Shown piece by piece: positions 7,534 through 16,745 of a stretch of DNA of 45,053 nt (positions within the stretch are counted from its first letter, which is position 1; each line of letters starts with the position of its first letter). The stretch comes from Bacteroidota bacterium (GTDB taxonomy: Bacteria > Bacteroidota > Bacteroidia > Bacteroidales > FEN-979). The DNA lies in NCBI GenBank assembly GCA_026391755.1, contig JAPLDN010000346.1, positions 1-45,053 of the forward strand, read 5' to 3'. Below the pieces are notes generated by a model. That model saw nothing but the letters and a program-made list of their open reading frames with translations, ran no database searches and was not told the origin of the DNA. The translations under genes were made by a program, and so were the position numbers.

Positions 7534-9231
7534 CTAATTCACAAATTTTTTCAGGTTATCAATGATCTGTTTCGCTTTATCGGCTTTCTCATCTTTCGGG
7601 TCTATTGCCAGAACTTTATTGCTGTAAGCAATTGCCGTTACTGCGTATTCCTTATTCTTGGTCCCGGCATACTGAAGGAAATAATAATATGCAAGGTAAT
7701 AAAAAGATTCAATGCGTTCCTTTGCATATTTTGCCGTATCTCCCTGTGTCTTTGAAATAATAGTTTCATAGATGGGCTTTGCAAGACCTTCCTTGCTGGT
7801 CGAGTCAATATTCGATTTGGTCCTTGCCCTCCAAACAAAACCTGTAATATGATCGGGCTGAAGCTGATTGAAGATGGCCAGATTCGTATCGGCCTGGACA
7901 AAATCCTTGACGTTGTAATACACCTTGCCCAGATTATAATAATCCATAGGGGCTGCTTTTTTCAAAATGATCTTCCTCTGGTAGGTTTCTATGGCCTTGT
8001 CGTATTTTTTCACCTTGGTAAGGCATAGAGCTGCTTCCGATAAAAGCTCGGGTTTTGTTGAATCCAGCTCAAATCCTTTCAGTAATTGCTCATAGGCCTG
8101 TTCATCCATTTTATTCCTGGCCAATATCCTGCCATAATAGATGTAATCGGCTGAACGGATCTTTTCAGGCTTTTCGTTGGCAAAAAATTTCTTTGCATAA
8201 TATAATGCTTTATCGTACTGCGCAGTTTCAAAATAAGCATAGGCCAGAGCTCTGTTCAGGTCATTGTTAGTTGAATCGACCTTATAAACTTCATTGAGCT
8301 GATTGATGGCCTCCTTGTATTCCTGCAAGTCGAACAGTATATTCACAAACTGGATCCTTGCAGTGGTATTTCCGGCCGAAAGTTTAAGGAACCTTGCAAA
8401 ATCCCTTTTTGCATCATCATTCCTGTTTGCCTTGGCAAGAAGGAATCCTCTTTCCCTGTAAGCCGGAGCATAGCTGGAATCAATCTTGATGGCTTCATCA
8501 TAATATGTCAAAGCGCTCCTGTATTGCTTGGCTCGCATCCAGAGCTGCCCAATACGCACTTTTGCGAATGGGGACTGGGGATTCAAACTCTGTGCAATAT
8601 TATAATTGGTGATCGCATTGGAACCGTCATTCAACAACATGATATATGCATCTCCTTTGACAATGAACAATAAGTAGTTTTTAGGATCCAGCTTTTCAGC
8701 AGCCTTTAATAAAGAAAATATCTGGGTGGTGTCTTTTATCAGGGCTTTGACATACCCATTGGCCATCCTGATAAGGACATTGGCCTGTTTGACAGGATCC
8801 ATGATAATACTCTTATTCGCCTTGCTTGGAAGAAGGGCATATGCTTTGGCGTAAAAATCCTGGCCCGCACCCTTGTCTTTATTGAGGAATGCAATTTCCC
8901 CCATACCAACCAGGTTAAGCGGATTGGCAGGATCTTTCTGGATACCTGTCTGAAAGATGATCTTTGCTGAATCGGAGATCTCTTTCAGCGAATAATTGGA
9001 AGTGTCGGAGAAGTATTCGTTGATAAAATTTTCGCCATAATAGTAATAGACTTCCCCATCGGCCGGATTCTGCTTTATCAAAGACTTATAAGCAGAGGCA
9101 GCTGCCTTAAACTGTTCACTGCGCATAAGCCATACAGCGGCTTTGATATCCTGGGCACGGACTTCCGTCAAAAACGTGCATACAAGCAATAAAACTATAA
9201 CCAGTCCTGTCTTTTTAAAATTGCTCATCAT
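7534..9231 (-). CDS. Secreted tetratricopeptide-repeat protein
   Basis: Signal peptide (LVIVLLLVCTFLTEVRA), then many TPR-like 34-aa units rich in A/Y/L (..AYRERGFLLAK.., ..ALAYAYFETAQYDKALYY..). Confidence 0.75.
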   Translation of the reverse strand: MMSNFKKTGLVIVLLLVCTFLTEVRAQDIKAAVWLMRSEQFKAAASAYKSLIKQNPADGEVYYYYGENFINEYFSDTSNYSLKEISDSAKIIFQTGIQKDPANPLNLVGMGEIAFLNKDKGAGQDFYAKAYALLPSKANKSIIMDPVKQANVLIRMANGYVKALIKDTTQIFSLLKAAEKLDPKNYLLFIVKGDAYIMLLNDGSNAITNYNIAQSLNPQSPFAKVRIGQLWMRAKQYRSALTYYDEAIKIDSSYAPAYRERGFLLAKANRNDDAKRDFARFLKLSAGNTTARIQFVNILFDLQEYKEAINQLNEVYKVDSTNNDLNRALAYAYFETAQYDKALYYAKKFFANEKPEKIRSADYIYYGRILARNKMDEQAYEQLLKGFELDSTKPELLSEAALCLTKVKKYDKAIETYQRKIILKKAAPMDYYNLGKVYYNVKDFVQADTNLAIFNQLQPDHITGFVWRARTKSNIDSTSKEGLAKPIYETIISKTQGDTAKYAKERIESFYYLAYYYFLQYAGTKNKEYAVTAIAYSNKVLAIDPKDEKADKAKQIIDNLKKFVN

Positions 9232-9250
9232 AAGATAATTTCTACAAAGT

Positions 9251-10207
9251 TTAATGCTTAATTTGGACTATTCTTACCGGCATGGCTGCTGGCACCATCC
9301 CGGATCTCAGTATGATCAGCTGGCCTTTTTCCCCTGCAATGAATGAAGAAAGCCCGAAGGCAAGGCCATGGTATGTCTGCCTGTTGATACAGTAAACACT
9401 CCGCGTAAAGGGGTAATCTCCCTGCGCAATATATGCCTGGTAGGGTTTGTAAAAGCTGGAACCGGGATCATTGGTACCGGGCGTGCTCACGCCGACTACT
9501 TTCACCTGCTTCAGGAAACGGTTGGAAACCGTATCTTCCTTGTCACTGATCCAGTTCACGCTGATAACACCTATGGCATTAAGGTTATTTTTAACGAATG
9601 AAATGACATCGGCATTGGAATTCACGGCAAAACAACTTGAAGGCAGACCGGGTAGATTGAATTTTTCCCTGATGTACCTGGGGTTACAAGATTTGTAATT
9701 ATCAAATACAACCTTGATATCCCCCAGCTTTGATTTAGGGTTCATCTGTTTCCAGGTCCTGACCTCACCCTTGAATATGCCTTCGATTTTATCATAAAAC
9801 AGGTTTGTGTCAGGATTCTCGGGATTGACGATAAACACAATTCCATCATAAGCGATAAGGGTCGTCTTTGGAATGAATTGTCTTTCGTTGAGATATTTTT
9901 CTTCGTCAACTGTCAGTTTTCGGCTAACAATCACCAGGGGCACCGAATCTTTCATGAAAAGGTTGATAATATCGGATTCGTTTCCGTATACCGCATCGAC
10001 CTTCGCATATTTATAGATCGCTCCGAAAGTATAGATCTCGGTATCCAGTAAAAGGCGGTAGGAATCGTCTATACCGGCTTTGATACTTCCATGTGTGGGA
10101 TTGTCGGCCTGCTTAATTCCGTCCCCTCCTCCGCAAGAAGCAAAAAACAGCAGGATTATCAACCCTGCCGCTCCGATTACCATGGTTCCAGCTTTTCCCG
10201 TCTTCAT
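9251..10207 (-). CDS. PstS-family (type 2 periplasmic binding fold) substrate-binding lipoprotein
   Basis: Lipoprotein signal (LLFFASCGG). The overall pattern resembles the PstS-like proteins that accompany Bacteroidota Ton clusters. No pstCAB genes are adjacent. Confidence 0.65.
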   Translation of the reverse strand: MKTGKAGTMVIGAAGLIILLFFASCGGGDGIKQADNPTHGSIKAGIDDSYRLLLDTEIYTFGAIYKYAKVDAVYGNESDIINLFMKDSVPLVIVSRKLTVDEEKYLNERQFIPKTTLIAYDGIVFIVNPENPDTNLFYDKIEGIFKGEVRTWKQMNPKSKLGDIKVVFDNYKSCNPRYIREKFNLPGLPSSCFAVNSNADVISFVKNNLNAIGVISVNWISDKEDTVSNRFLKQVKVVGVSTPGTNDPGSSFYKPYQAYIAQGDYPFTRSVYCINRQTYHGLAFGLSSFIAGEKGQLIILRSGMVPAAMPVRIVQIKH

Positions 10208-10254
10208 TAGATCATTAAACGCTTAAAATCAGCATGTTTCTCAAAACACAAACA

Positions 10255-10262
10255 CAAATTTA
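10255..10262 (-). promoter_or_regulatory. Candidate -7 box TAAATTTG for the pstS-like/TPR/exbB/exbD/exbD/tonB operon
   Basis: Exact TAnnTTTG match on the minus strand, about 47 nt before the ATG at 10207, in an AT-rich 130-nt spacer. Confidence 0.35.
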
Positions 10263-10337
10263 TAAATAATATTATTGCGTCCTTAAAATTAATAGGCTAA
10301 AATAAACGGAATCAGCTGAAAATGCAAGAAAAATCGG

Positions 10338-10535
10338 TCATTCATCCTGATCTTCCCGTGATTTGGTCCATATGCGGGCCAGGCGGTAACCTCCGTAAAG
10401 AAAAAGAAAAACAGCAAAGCTGACTTTAATGTTTTGGGGAAGATGTTTGAAGTAAGGGCTGATAAAAACAGATATGCCAAGAATAAAATAAAGGGTGGCA
10501 ACAGCGTATGCGAAATATTTATAGTATTTTTTCAC
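10338..10535 (-). CDS. Small two-TM membrane protein (about 65 aa), function unknown
   Basis: Track ORF 10338..10583. A GTG at 10535 overlaps the upstream TAG by 1 nt (TAGTG), which suggests translational coupling. Two hydrophobic helices are present (FAYAVATLYFILGISVFI, VSFAVFLFLYGGY). Confidence 0.45.
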   Translation of the reverse strand: MKKYYKYFAYAVATLYFILGISVFISPYFKHLPQNIKVSFAVFLFLYGGYRLARIWTKSREDQDE

Positions 10536-10861
10536 TATCTCTGAACCAGATAGTAAGGTATGTCCCAGTCCTGGTCGGGCCACTGGTTCCAGTAAGCAGG
10601 GTTCAGCACATGGCCATCTTTCCTTACAAGCCTTCTTTCATAAAGACTGATCATGGCGTTGAACAGGATATCTGTCACTCCGATCACGGAAGTAGGCAGT
10701 AGAGTGCCATCCTTGGCTTTTTCTTTTTCGGTTATTACCACGAGACCGTTAAACTCCAGTATCCCTTTCAGGAATGTAAGCCTGTCTTCTGAAGCGCCTG
10801 TCTCAATAACAGTACAACGAACCCCTTCAATTTCTGTAACCGTATGTTTCCCTTTAAGCAT
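10535..10861 (-). CDS. Hypothetical soluble protein (108 aa), no family recognised
   Basis: ATG-initiated ORF 55 nt downstream of nuoN on the same strand. No TM segments or Fe-S motifs. The C-terminus is Trp/Tyr-rich (AYWNQWPDQDWDIPYY). Confidence 0.6.
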   Translation of the reverse strand: MLKGKHTVTEIEGVRCTVIETGASEDRLTFLKGILEFNGLVVITEKEKAKDGTLLPTSVIGVTDILFNAMISLYERRLVRKDGHVLNPAYWNQWPDQDWDIPYYLVQR

Positions 10862-10877
10862 AATATTTCTTTTAACT

Positions 10878-10917
10878 CCATATCCAATTATCCAGTTATC
10901 CGGTTATCCCGTCATCT
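10878..10917. repeat. Five tandem 8-nt units (ccatatcc aattatcc agttatcc ggttatcc cgtcatct) in the nuoN-downstream spacer
   Basis: Exact 8-nt periodicity read from the sequence. In mRNA sense the units are GGATAAC/T-like repeats that end 16 nt before the ATG of the 108-aa gene. The last unit overlaps the nuoN stop. Confidence 0.6.
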
Positions 10918-12326
10918 TAATACAACCCAAAACTCAGTCCGTTTATCATCTCGAATACCGCACTGAAGATACCGATTGCAAAAATACCCACCAGGCAGAG
11001 AATAAGGCCGAGGCTTGAATAGAAATCGCTTTTGATCCTAGGTATAGGTCTGTCGCTGCGGTTCAGGAACATCGCCTTGATGACCAGTAAATAATAGTAT
11101 AATGAAATGATGGTATTTATGATTGCAATCAGGACCAGAATATACAAGCCATGATTGGCTGCGGCGGCGAAAAGGAAGAATTTTCCAAAGAAGCCTGCTA
11201 CCGGTGGAATGCCTGCCAGTGAAAAGAGCGACAGCATCATCACCATGGCCAGCCTTGGGTTGGTCCTGTATAAACCATCGTAATCATTGATCGTTTCAAG
11301 TCCTGAACGGTTCGAGATGATAGCAACCACGCCAAAAGCGCCAAGGTTTGAGAAGATATAGACAAGAACAAAATAGATCACGGTGGCCATTCCGTACTGA
11401 CTCTGTCCGATGATACCAAGCAGGATAAAGCCGGCCTGGGCGATTGATGAAAATGCCAGGAACCGTTTAAGGTTTTGTTGGCGGATGGCAAAGAGGTTCC
11501 CCAGTGTGATGGTAAGAATAATGATAATGTACAACACATTGCTCCACATCAGCGCGATCTTGCTGAAAACTGTAAACAGAAGTATAGTTAAAATAAAGGC
11601 TGCCGCACCTTTTGAAACAACTGAAAGATATGAGGTAATATTTATGGGTGCGCCTTCGTATACATCGGCAGTCCATAAATGGAAAGGAACCAGGGAGATT
11701 TTAAATGCCATGCCTGCAAAGAAGAAGATAAATCCGAGGACCTGCAGAGGGGTGCCGGTGAAAGCAGGTCCGACTTCGGCGAAGTATAAGGTGCCTGTAG
11801 TTCCATAGACCATCGACAGTCCATAAAGAAGAATGCCAGAAGAGAGTGCTGATGAGAAAATGAGTTTCACGCCTGCTTCAGCTGATTTCTCCTTGAAACG
11901 TTCGAACGCGGCAAGTGCGGCGAGGGGAATGGTGGCAAGTTCCAGTCCGAGATAGAACATCAGGAAATCACCCGAGGAGATCATATACTGCATCCCGATA
12001 AGAGTTGAGAGCATCAGGATGTAATATTCGCTGATCTTTTCTTTGTTCTCGGGTTTTTTAAGCCAGTCGGCGCTCTGTATCATGACTATAAGCACCCCGA
12101 TATTCAGGATATTTTTAAGCATCAGGGTCAGTGCCGTGGTCTGGTACATCCCGCCAAACAATATCCCCGTGGGCCCCGGAATAAAACCCAGGATCAGAAC
12201 AGCCGTCATCAGGAGGATAGCGGGCGTAATGATCCTGCTTTTTTTATCAGCAGGAAGGAAAATCTCAACAAGCAAAAGAATCACCGTGATGGCAATCAGC
12301 AGTAATTCGTGTCTCATGATCAACAT
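10917..12326 (-). CDS. nuoN: NADH-quinone oxidoreductase subunit N
   Basis: 469-aa antiporter-like polytopic protein, last in the nuo gene order. Typical motifs are present (LGLELATIP, FKISLVPFHLW..DVYEGAP). Confidence 0.9.
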   Translation of the reverse strand: MLIMRHELLLIAITVILLLVEIFLPADKKSRIITPAILLMTAVLILGFIPGPTGILFGGMYQTTALTLMLKNILNIGVLIVMIQSADWLKKPENKEKISEYYILMLSTLIGMQYMISSGDFLMFYLGLELATIPLAALAAFERFKEKSAEAGVKLIFSSALSSGILLYGLSMVYGTTGTLYFAEVGPAFTGTPLQVLGFIFFFAGMAFKISLVPFHLWTADVYEGAPINITSYLSVVSKGAAAFILTILLFTVFSKIALMWSNVLYIIIILTITLGNLFAIRQQNLKRFLAFSSIAQAGFILLGIIGQSQYGMATVIYFVLVYIFSNLGAFGVVAIISNRSGLETINDYDGLYRTNPRLAMVMMLSLFSLAGIPPVAGFFGKFFLFAAAANHGLYILVLIAIINTIISLYYYLLVIKAMFLNRSDRPIPRIKSDFYSSLGLILCLVGIFAIGIFSAVFEMINGLSFGLY

Positions 12327-12362
12327 GGGTCAGATATTTATTTGTTTCTTACTTTTTTCGAT

Positions 12363-13874
12363 TTAATGAAGAATGGGACCTGCCAGCAATATTCTCTGCA
12401 TGACCGGTACCAGTCCGTTATTGATCATATCGCTCAGCCAGAGCGGAGCCATCCCGATAGCTGTAATGCCCAGAATAAGGGTTACCACACTCATGCGGTC
12501 AAACCATTTTGCATCAATAATATGATTGAATTCGGGGTTTTTAATTTTACCCATGAGCAGGATTCCGACAACACGCAGTATATAAACTGCGGTAACAACA
12601 ATTGAAGATGCGGCGATAATAGTGCATACCCTGTGGAATACATCATTATGCTGGAATGAACCCACGAAGATGGTCATTTCGGCAACGAAACCGCTGAAAC
12701 CGGGAAGGCCGAGCGAAGCGAGGCCGCCAATTACGTATGCCACAGCGAGAAATGGCATGACTTTCATCAATCCGCCCATTTCATTGATATACCTTGTATG
12801 TGTACGTCCGTATATCATCCCAATCAGTGCAAAGAAAAGGGCTGTCATGATACCATGGGAGATCATCTGCATAATAGCACCGTTCATGGCTGTCTGGTTC
12901 ATCATCAGTACCGCGAAAAGAACAAGTGCACAATGGCTCACCGAGGAATATGCATTGATATATTTAAGGTCTTTCTGCCAGATAGCGCCAAAAGCCCCGT
13001 AGATCACCCCGATGGTTGTAAGGATCAGGAATATCCAGGCCATTTCATGTGCTGCTCCCGGTAGAAGGAATACGGCAACGCGATAACAACCATAACCCCC
13101 GAGTTTCATAAGAACACCTGCATGAAGCATAGATACGGCCGTAGGTGCAGAAGCATGACCGTCGGGGGACCATGTGTGGAAAGGGAATAGAGCTCCAAGG
13201 ACCCCGAATCCTATGAAAAGGAAGGGGAAAAAGAAGCGTTGTGCCGGCATCGGAATGGTAACTTTGGAAATCTGGATCAGGTTAAATGTAAGTGGCCCTC
13301 CACCGGGGGCTGAATTAAAATACAGGCCAAGTAAACCCAGCATGATCAGGGCCGAACCGCCCATTAGCATTAAGGTAAGCTTCATGGCCGAATAATGCCT
13401 CGGGCCGCTCCCCCAGATACCAATAAGCAAATACATAGGGATCACCGCAATCTCATAAAACAGGAATAAAGTGAACAGGTCAAGAGAGATAAAAAAGCCG
13501 AAAACACCTGCAGCAAGAAGGATTAGAGAAGTAAAAAATTCCCTGGGCAGATCAGTGACATCCCAGGATGCAAAGATCCCGGCAAAGATCACAACCGAGG
13601 TCAGGCCGATCATGGCCACCGAAACTCCATCCACCCCAATAAAAAAATGTATATTCAGGTTCTTATACCAGACCATATCCTGGGAGAAAAGTATCTCGGC
13701 AGTATTCCCTGCAGCCCTTGCAGCCAGGAAAAGATAAATGAGAAGCCCGGCCATGAACAGCTGACAGCTCATACCGACAACGGCAGTCCATTTAACCTGC
13801 ATATGGGTCTTGCTGAAAAATATCCCAATGACAGTGAGGACGGGAATTATGATAAACAACAACAGAGGGCTCAT
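12363..13874 (-). CDS. nuoM: NADH-quinone oxidoreductase subunit M
   Basis: 503-aa antiporter-like subunit (FFYEIAVIPMYLLIGIWG, FPFHTWSPDGHASAPTAVSMLHAGVLMKLGGYG). Confidence 0.9.
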   Translation of the reverse strand: MSPLLLFIIIPVLTVIGIFFSKTHMQVKWTAVVGMSCQLFMAGLLIYLFLAARAAGNTAEILFSQDMVWYKNLNIHFFIGVDGVSVAMIGLTSVVIFAGIFASWDVTDLPREFFTSLILLAAGVFGFFISLDLFTLFLFYEIAVIPMYLLIGIWGSGPRHYSAMKLTLMLMGGSALIMLGLLGLYFNSAPGGGPLTFNLIQISKVTIPMPAQRFFFPFLFIGFGVLGALFPFHTWSPDGHASAPTAVSMLHAGVLMKLGGYGCYRVAVFLLPGAAHEMAWIFLILTTIGVIYGAFGAIWQKDLKYINAYSSVSHCALVLFAVLMMNQTAMNGAIMQMISHGIMTALFFALIGMIYGRTHTRYINEMGGLMKVMPFLAVAYVIGGLASLGLPGFSGFVAEMTIFVGSFQHNDVFHRVCTIIAASSIVVTAVYILRVVGILLMGKIKNPEFNHIIDAKWFDRMSVVTLILGITAIGMAPLWLSDMINNGLVPVMQRILLAGPILH

Positions 13875-13886
13875 TATCTTATCGTT

Positions 13887-15806
13887 TTAATTGGTCCATA
13901 AATAAATGAATAACAAAGCAAGGGCAATGACCCCCGAAATGAACGCAAGGGCATACTGCTGGAGTTGTCCGCTCTGGAATCCTTTGATCCTGTCGGAAAC
14001 CACATTGGTAACATATGCAAACTGGTTCATGGTCCCGTCGACAATATGGCGGTCGAACCATGCAACCGGGCGCGATACATAGTTGAATAAAATTTTCTTT
14101 GTTATGAAAAGATACACCTGGTCGATATAAAATTTGTTGTAGGCCGCTGCGTAAAACCCTCCGAGAGCAGTTGCAATTTTTTTCGATGTGTCGGAACTTT
14201 TCATATACAGCATAGTTGCAATCCCAATCCCTGCAAGTGCAATCAAAATTGAAGGGATTGCAATTCCCCATTCGGTATGGGCCTCAAATGGCATGCTGTC
14301 GGAAGTCACAAGCTTGGTAAAAGGAATAAAGCCAGCAAATGTTGACCCGATAGCCAGAACGATCAGCGGTAAAGTCATGGTCACCGGCGCTTCGTGAGGT
14401 GTGTGATGATAATGCTGGTCCTTCCCCCAGAACACATTGAAATAAAGGCGGAACATATAGAAGGCCGTCATCCCTGCGACCAGGTATTCCATGGCAAATA
14501 AGGCTTTGTTGTGATGGAAAGCGGCAACGAGTATCTCATCCTTGCTGAAAAAACCGGCAAACGGTGGTATGCCCGATATGGCAAGACATGCGATAAGGAA
14601 GGTCGCATGCGTGATGGGCAGGTATTTCCTTAACCCTCCCATCTCGTTCATATAATTCGAATGGACCGCATGGATTATCGCGCCGGCGCCCAGGAAGAGC
14701 AAGGCTTTAAAGAAAGCATGTGTGAACAGATGGAACATGGAGGCCATATAACCGAGTCCTTCTTCACCACCATATCCTGAAACGCCAAGCGCGAGCATCA
14801 TATAGCCTATCTGCGACATTGTCGAGTAAGCCAGGACGCGCTTGATATCATATTGAGTACAAGCTATCACGGCAGCAAATAAAGATGTAAAACCACCTAC
14901 CCAGGCTACAATCTCAAGGGCCGATTGTTCATGATGAAAGATCGGAAACATTCGGGCAACAAGATAAACACCGGCAACAACCATGGTTGCTGCATGGATA
15001 AGGGCCGAAACAGGAGTCGGGCCTTCCATGGCATCAGGCAGCCATATATGCAAAGGGAACATAGCCGATTTACCCGCGCCTCCCATAAAAATAAAGAGCA
15101 TAGACCAGGTCATGGTCGACATTCCCAGGAACATGATACCCTGGCCTGATGTGAAAGCCGGGCTGTTCGGGCCTGTAAGCGTAATGAAATCAAAGGTGCC
15201 CGTAGTATATGAAAGTACCAGAATGCCGATGAGAAAGCCCAGGTCGGCAAAACGGGTTACAATGAATGCTTTTTTGCTTGCAGCAACCGCCGAGTCTTTT
15301 TCATAGTAGAAGCCAATCAGCAGAAAGGAAGAAACACCTACGAGTTCCCAGAAAATATACATCTGGAAAATATTTGTAGCGATGACCAGGCCAAGCATGG
15401 AAAAACTGAACAACGAAAGGATAGAGAAGAAACGTGCAAATCCCTTTTCACCTTTCATATATCCTATGGAGTAAATATGCACCATGAACGATACAGTGGT
15501 GATAACGATCAGCATCATCACCGATATAGGGTCAAGCAGAACACCTATGTCGATATGGAGCTTTTCGGTGAGGTGAAGCCATGTGTAACTAATCCCGATC
15601 ACTTTCTGAAAAGCGCCGTCTGCCTTTTCAAGTACAAAAAAATACTTGTAGGCAGTAAATAGTGCAAGGCAAAAATTGATACCCAGTCCTGTTGTACCAA
15701 TAATTCCCGTCACTATAGGTTTAAACCTGTTGCCGGTAAGCCCTGTGACCACAAATACCAGCAGGGGTATCAGCAGTATCCAGATAGTGTAACTGAAATC
15801 GATCAT
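13887..15806 (-). CDS. nuoL: NADH-quinone oxidoreductase subunit L
   Basis: 639-aa antiporter-like subunit with a C-terminal extension (FPLHIWLPDAMEGPTPVSALIHAATMVVAGVYL). Confidence 0.9.
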   Translation of the reverse strand: MIDFSYTIWILLIPLLVFVVTGLTGNRFKPIVTGIIGTTGLGINFCLALFTAYKYFFVLEKADGAFQKVIGISYTWLHLTEKLHIDIGVLLDPISVMMLIVITTVSFMVHIYSIGYMKGEKGFARFFSILSLFSFSMLGLVIATNIFQMYIFWELVGVSSFLLIGFYYEKDSAVAASKKAFIVTRFADLGFLIGILVLSYTTGTFDFITLTGPNSPAFTSGQGIMFLGMSTMTWSMLFIFMGGAGKSAMFPLHIWLPDAMEGPTPVSALIHAATMVVAGVYLVARMFPIFHHEQSALEIVAWVGGFTSLFAAVIACTQYDIKRVLAYSTMSQIGYMMLALGVSGYGGEEGLGYMASMFHLFTHAFFKALLFLGAGAIIHAVHSNYMNEMGGLRKYLPITHATFLIACLAISGIPPFAGFFSKDEILVAAFHHNKALFAMEYLVAGMTAFYMFRLYFNVFWGKDQHYHHTPHEAPVTMTLPLIVLAIGSTFAGFIPFTKLVTSDSMPFEAHTEWGIAIPSILIALAGIGIATMLYMKSSDTSKKIATALGGFYAAAYNKFYIDQVYLFITKKILFNYVSRPVAWFDRHIVDGTMNQFAYVTNVVSDRIKGFQSGQLQQYALAFISGVIALALLFIYLWTN

Positions 15807-15850
15807 ATGTTGTATATATTATGCGTTAGTCATTTTAATTTGAGCCATGA

Positions 15851-15900
15851 GTAATGAGTGATGAGTTTTTTCTCATGACTCATCACTCGTCACTCATTAC
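15851..15900 (-). other. Imperfect stem-loop in the 93-nt nuoK-nuoL spacer
   Basis: gtaatgagtg (15851-15860) pairs perfectly with cactcattac (15891-15900). Inner atgag/ctcat pairs are also possible. The right arm touches the nuoK stop codon. Confidence 0.45.
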
Positions 15901-16217
15901 TAAAACTTCATTTCATTCATCTTCTCCACATCAATATTTACCAAACGGCGATAAATGTTGATGATAATTGCGATTGCCACCGAAGCTTCAGCCGCGGCAA
16001 CAGCAATGATAAAGAGTGTGAAAAACATCCCTTCCAGATGCTCCGGGAAGAGGATTTTGTTAAAGGCCACGAAATTGATACAGACCGAATTCAAAATGAG
16101 TTCGATCGACATCAGCATGGTGATGAGGTTTTTCCTTACCAGGAAGCCGTAAATCCCGATAAAAAACATCGTCGTGGCCAGGACCAGGAACCAGTGAATA
16201 GGTACGCCTTCAAACAT
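15900..16217 (-). CDS. nuoK: NADH-quinone oxidoreductase subunit K
   Basis: 105 aa with three TM segments (LMSIELILNSVCINFVAF, AAAEASVAIAII). Confidence 0.9.
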   Translation of the reverse strand: MFEGVPIHWFLVLATTMFFIGIYGFLVRKNLITMLMSIELILNSVCINFVAFNKILFPEHLEGMFFTLFIIAVAAAEASVAIAIIINIYRRLVNIDVEKMNEMKF

Positions 16218-16235
16218 AGGGGTGTATTTTTTAAA

Positions 16236-16745
16236 TTAATCTTTCCTTTTCTTTGCCAGTATAATAGAGCCTATCATGGCCGCCAGCAGCAGCACGCTGA
16301 TGACTTCGAAAGGCAGGGCGTAACCGTATTTACCGGTACTCAGCATGCCTTCGCCTATAGTCCTTATATGCACTCTTGCAGGGTCGAATGTCTTCTGTAC
16401 AAATTCAGTCTGCAGGATTGTAAGTATGCACAAAATTGCGCCTGCAACGGCTGCAATAGCGGCATATATCCTTTTCGTCAAGGGCGGAATAGAGAGTTTA
16501 TCGTTGATCTGGCTTGTGAGCAGGATAGAGAAAATGATCAAAACAACGATACCCCCTGCATACAAGGTTAGCTGGATGGCTGCAAGAAAGTTAAACCTGA
16601 GCAGGAAATACAATCCCGAAGTTGAGAACAGAACGAAAAGCAGGAAGGTAGCGGCCCTCAGGATGCGCCGGCTGGTCACGGTCAGCAGTGAAAAAATCAC
16701 AATCACCGCCGAAAAAAGCAAAAACATGAATTGATTGTTCGTCAT
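16236..16745 (-). CDS. nuoJ: NADH-quinone oxidoreductase subunit J
   Basis: Hydrophobic protein of about 169 aa between nuoI and nuoK. The track start at 16748 is GTG. The ATG at 16745 overlaps the nuoI TGA (TGATG). Confidence 0.85.
   Translation of the reverse strand: MTNNQFMFLLFSAVIVIFSLLTVTSRRILRAATFLLFVLFSTSGLYFLLRFNFLAAIQLTLYAGGIVVLIIFSILLTSQINDKLSIPPLTKRIYAAIAAVAGAILCILTILQTEFVQKTFDPARVHIRTIGEGMLSTGKYGYALPFEVISVLLLAAMIGSIILAKKRKD

Noticed and set aside
13879-14271. 130-aa Cys-rich ORF in an alternative frame on the minus strand
   Set aside because: It lies entirely within nuoL in a different frame. Its composition is that of an off-frame translation, and nuoL is strongly supported.
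16038-16571. 177-aa plus-strand ORF
   Set aside because: It is an antisense shadow of nuoK/nuoJ, with no independent signals.
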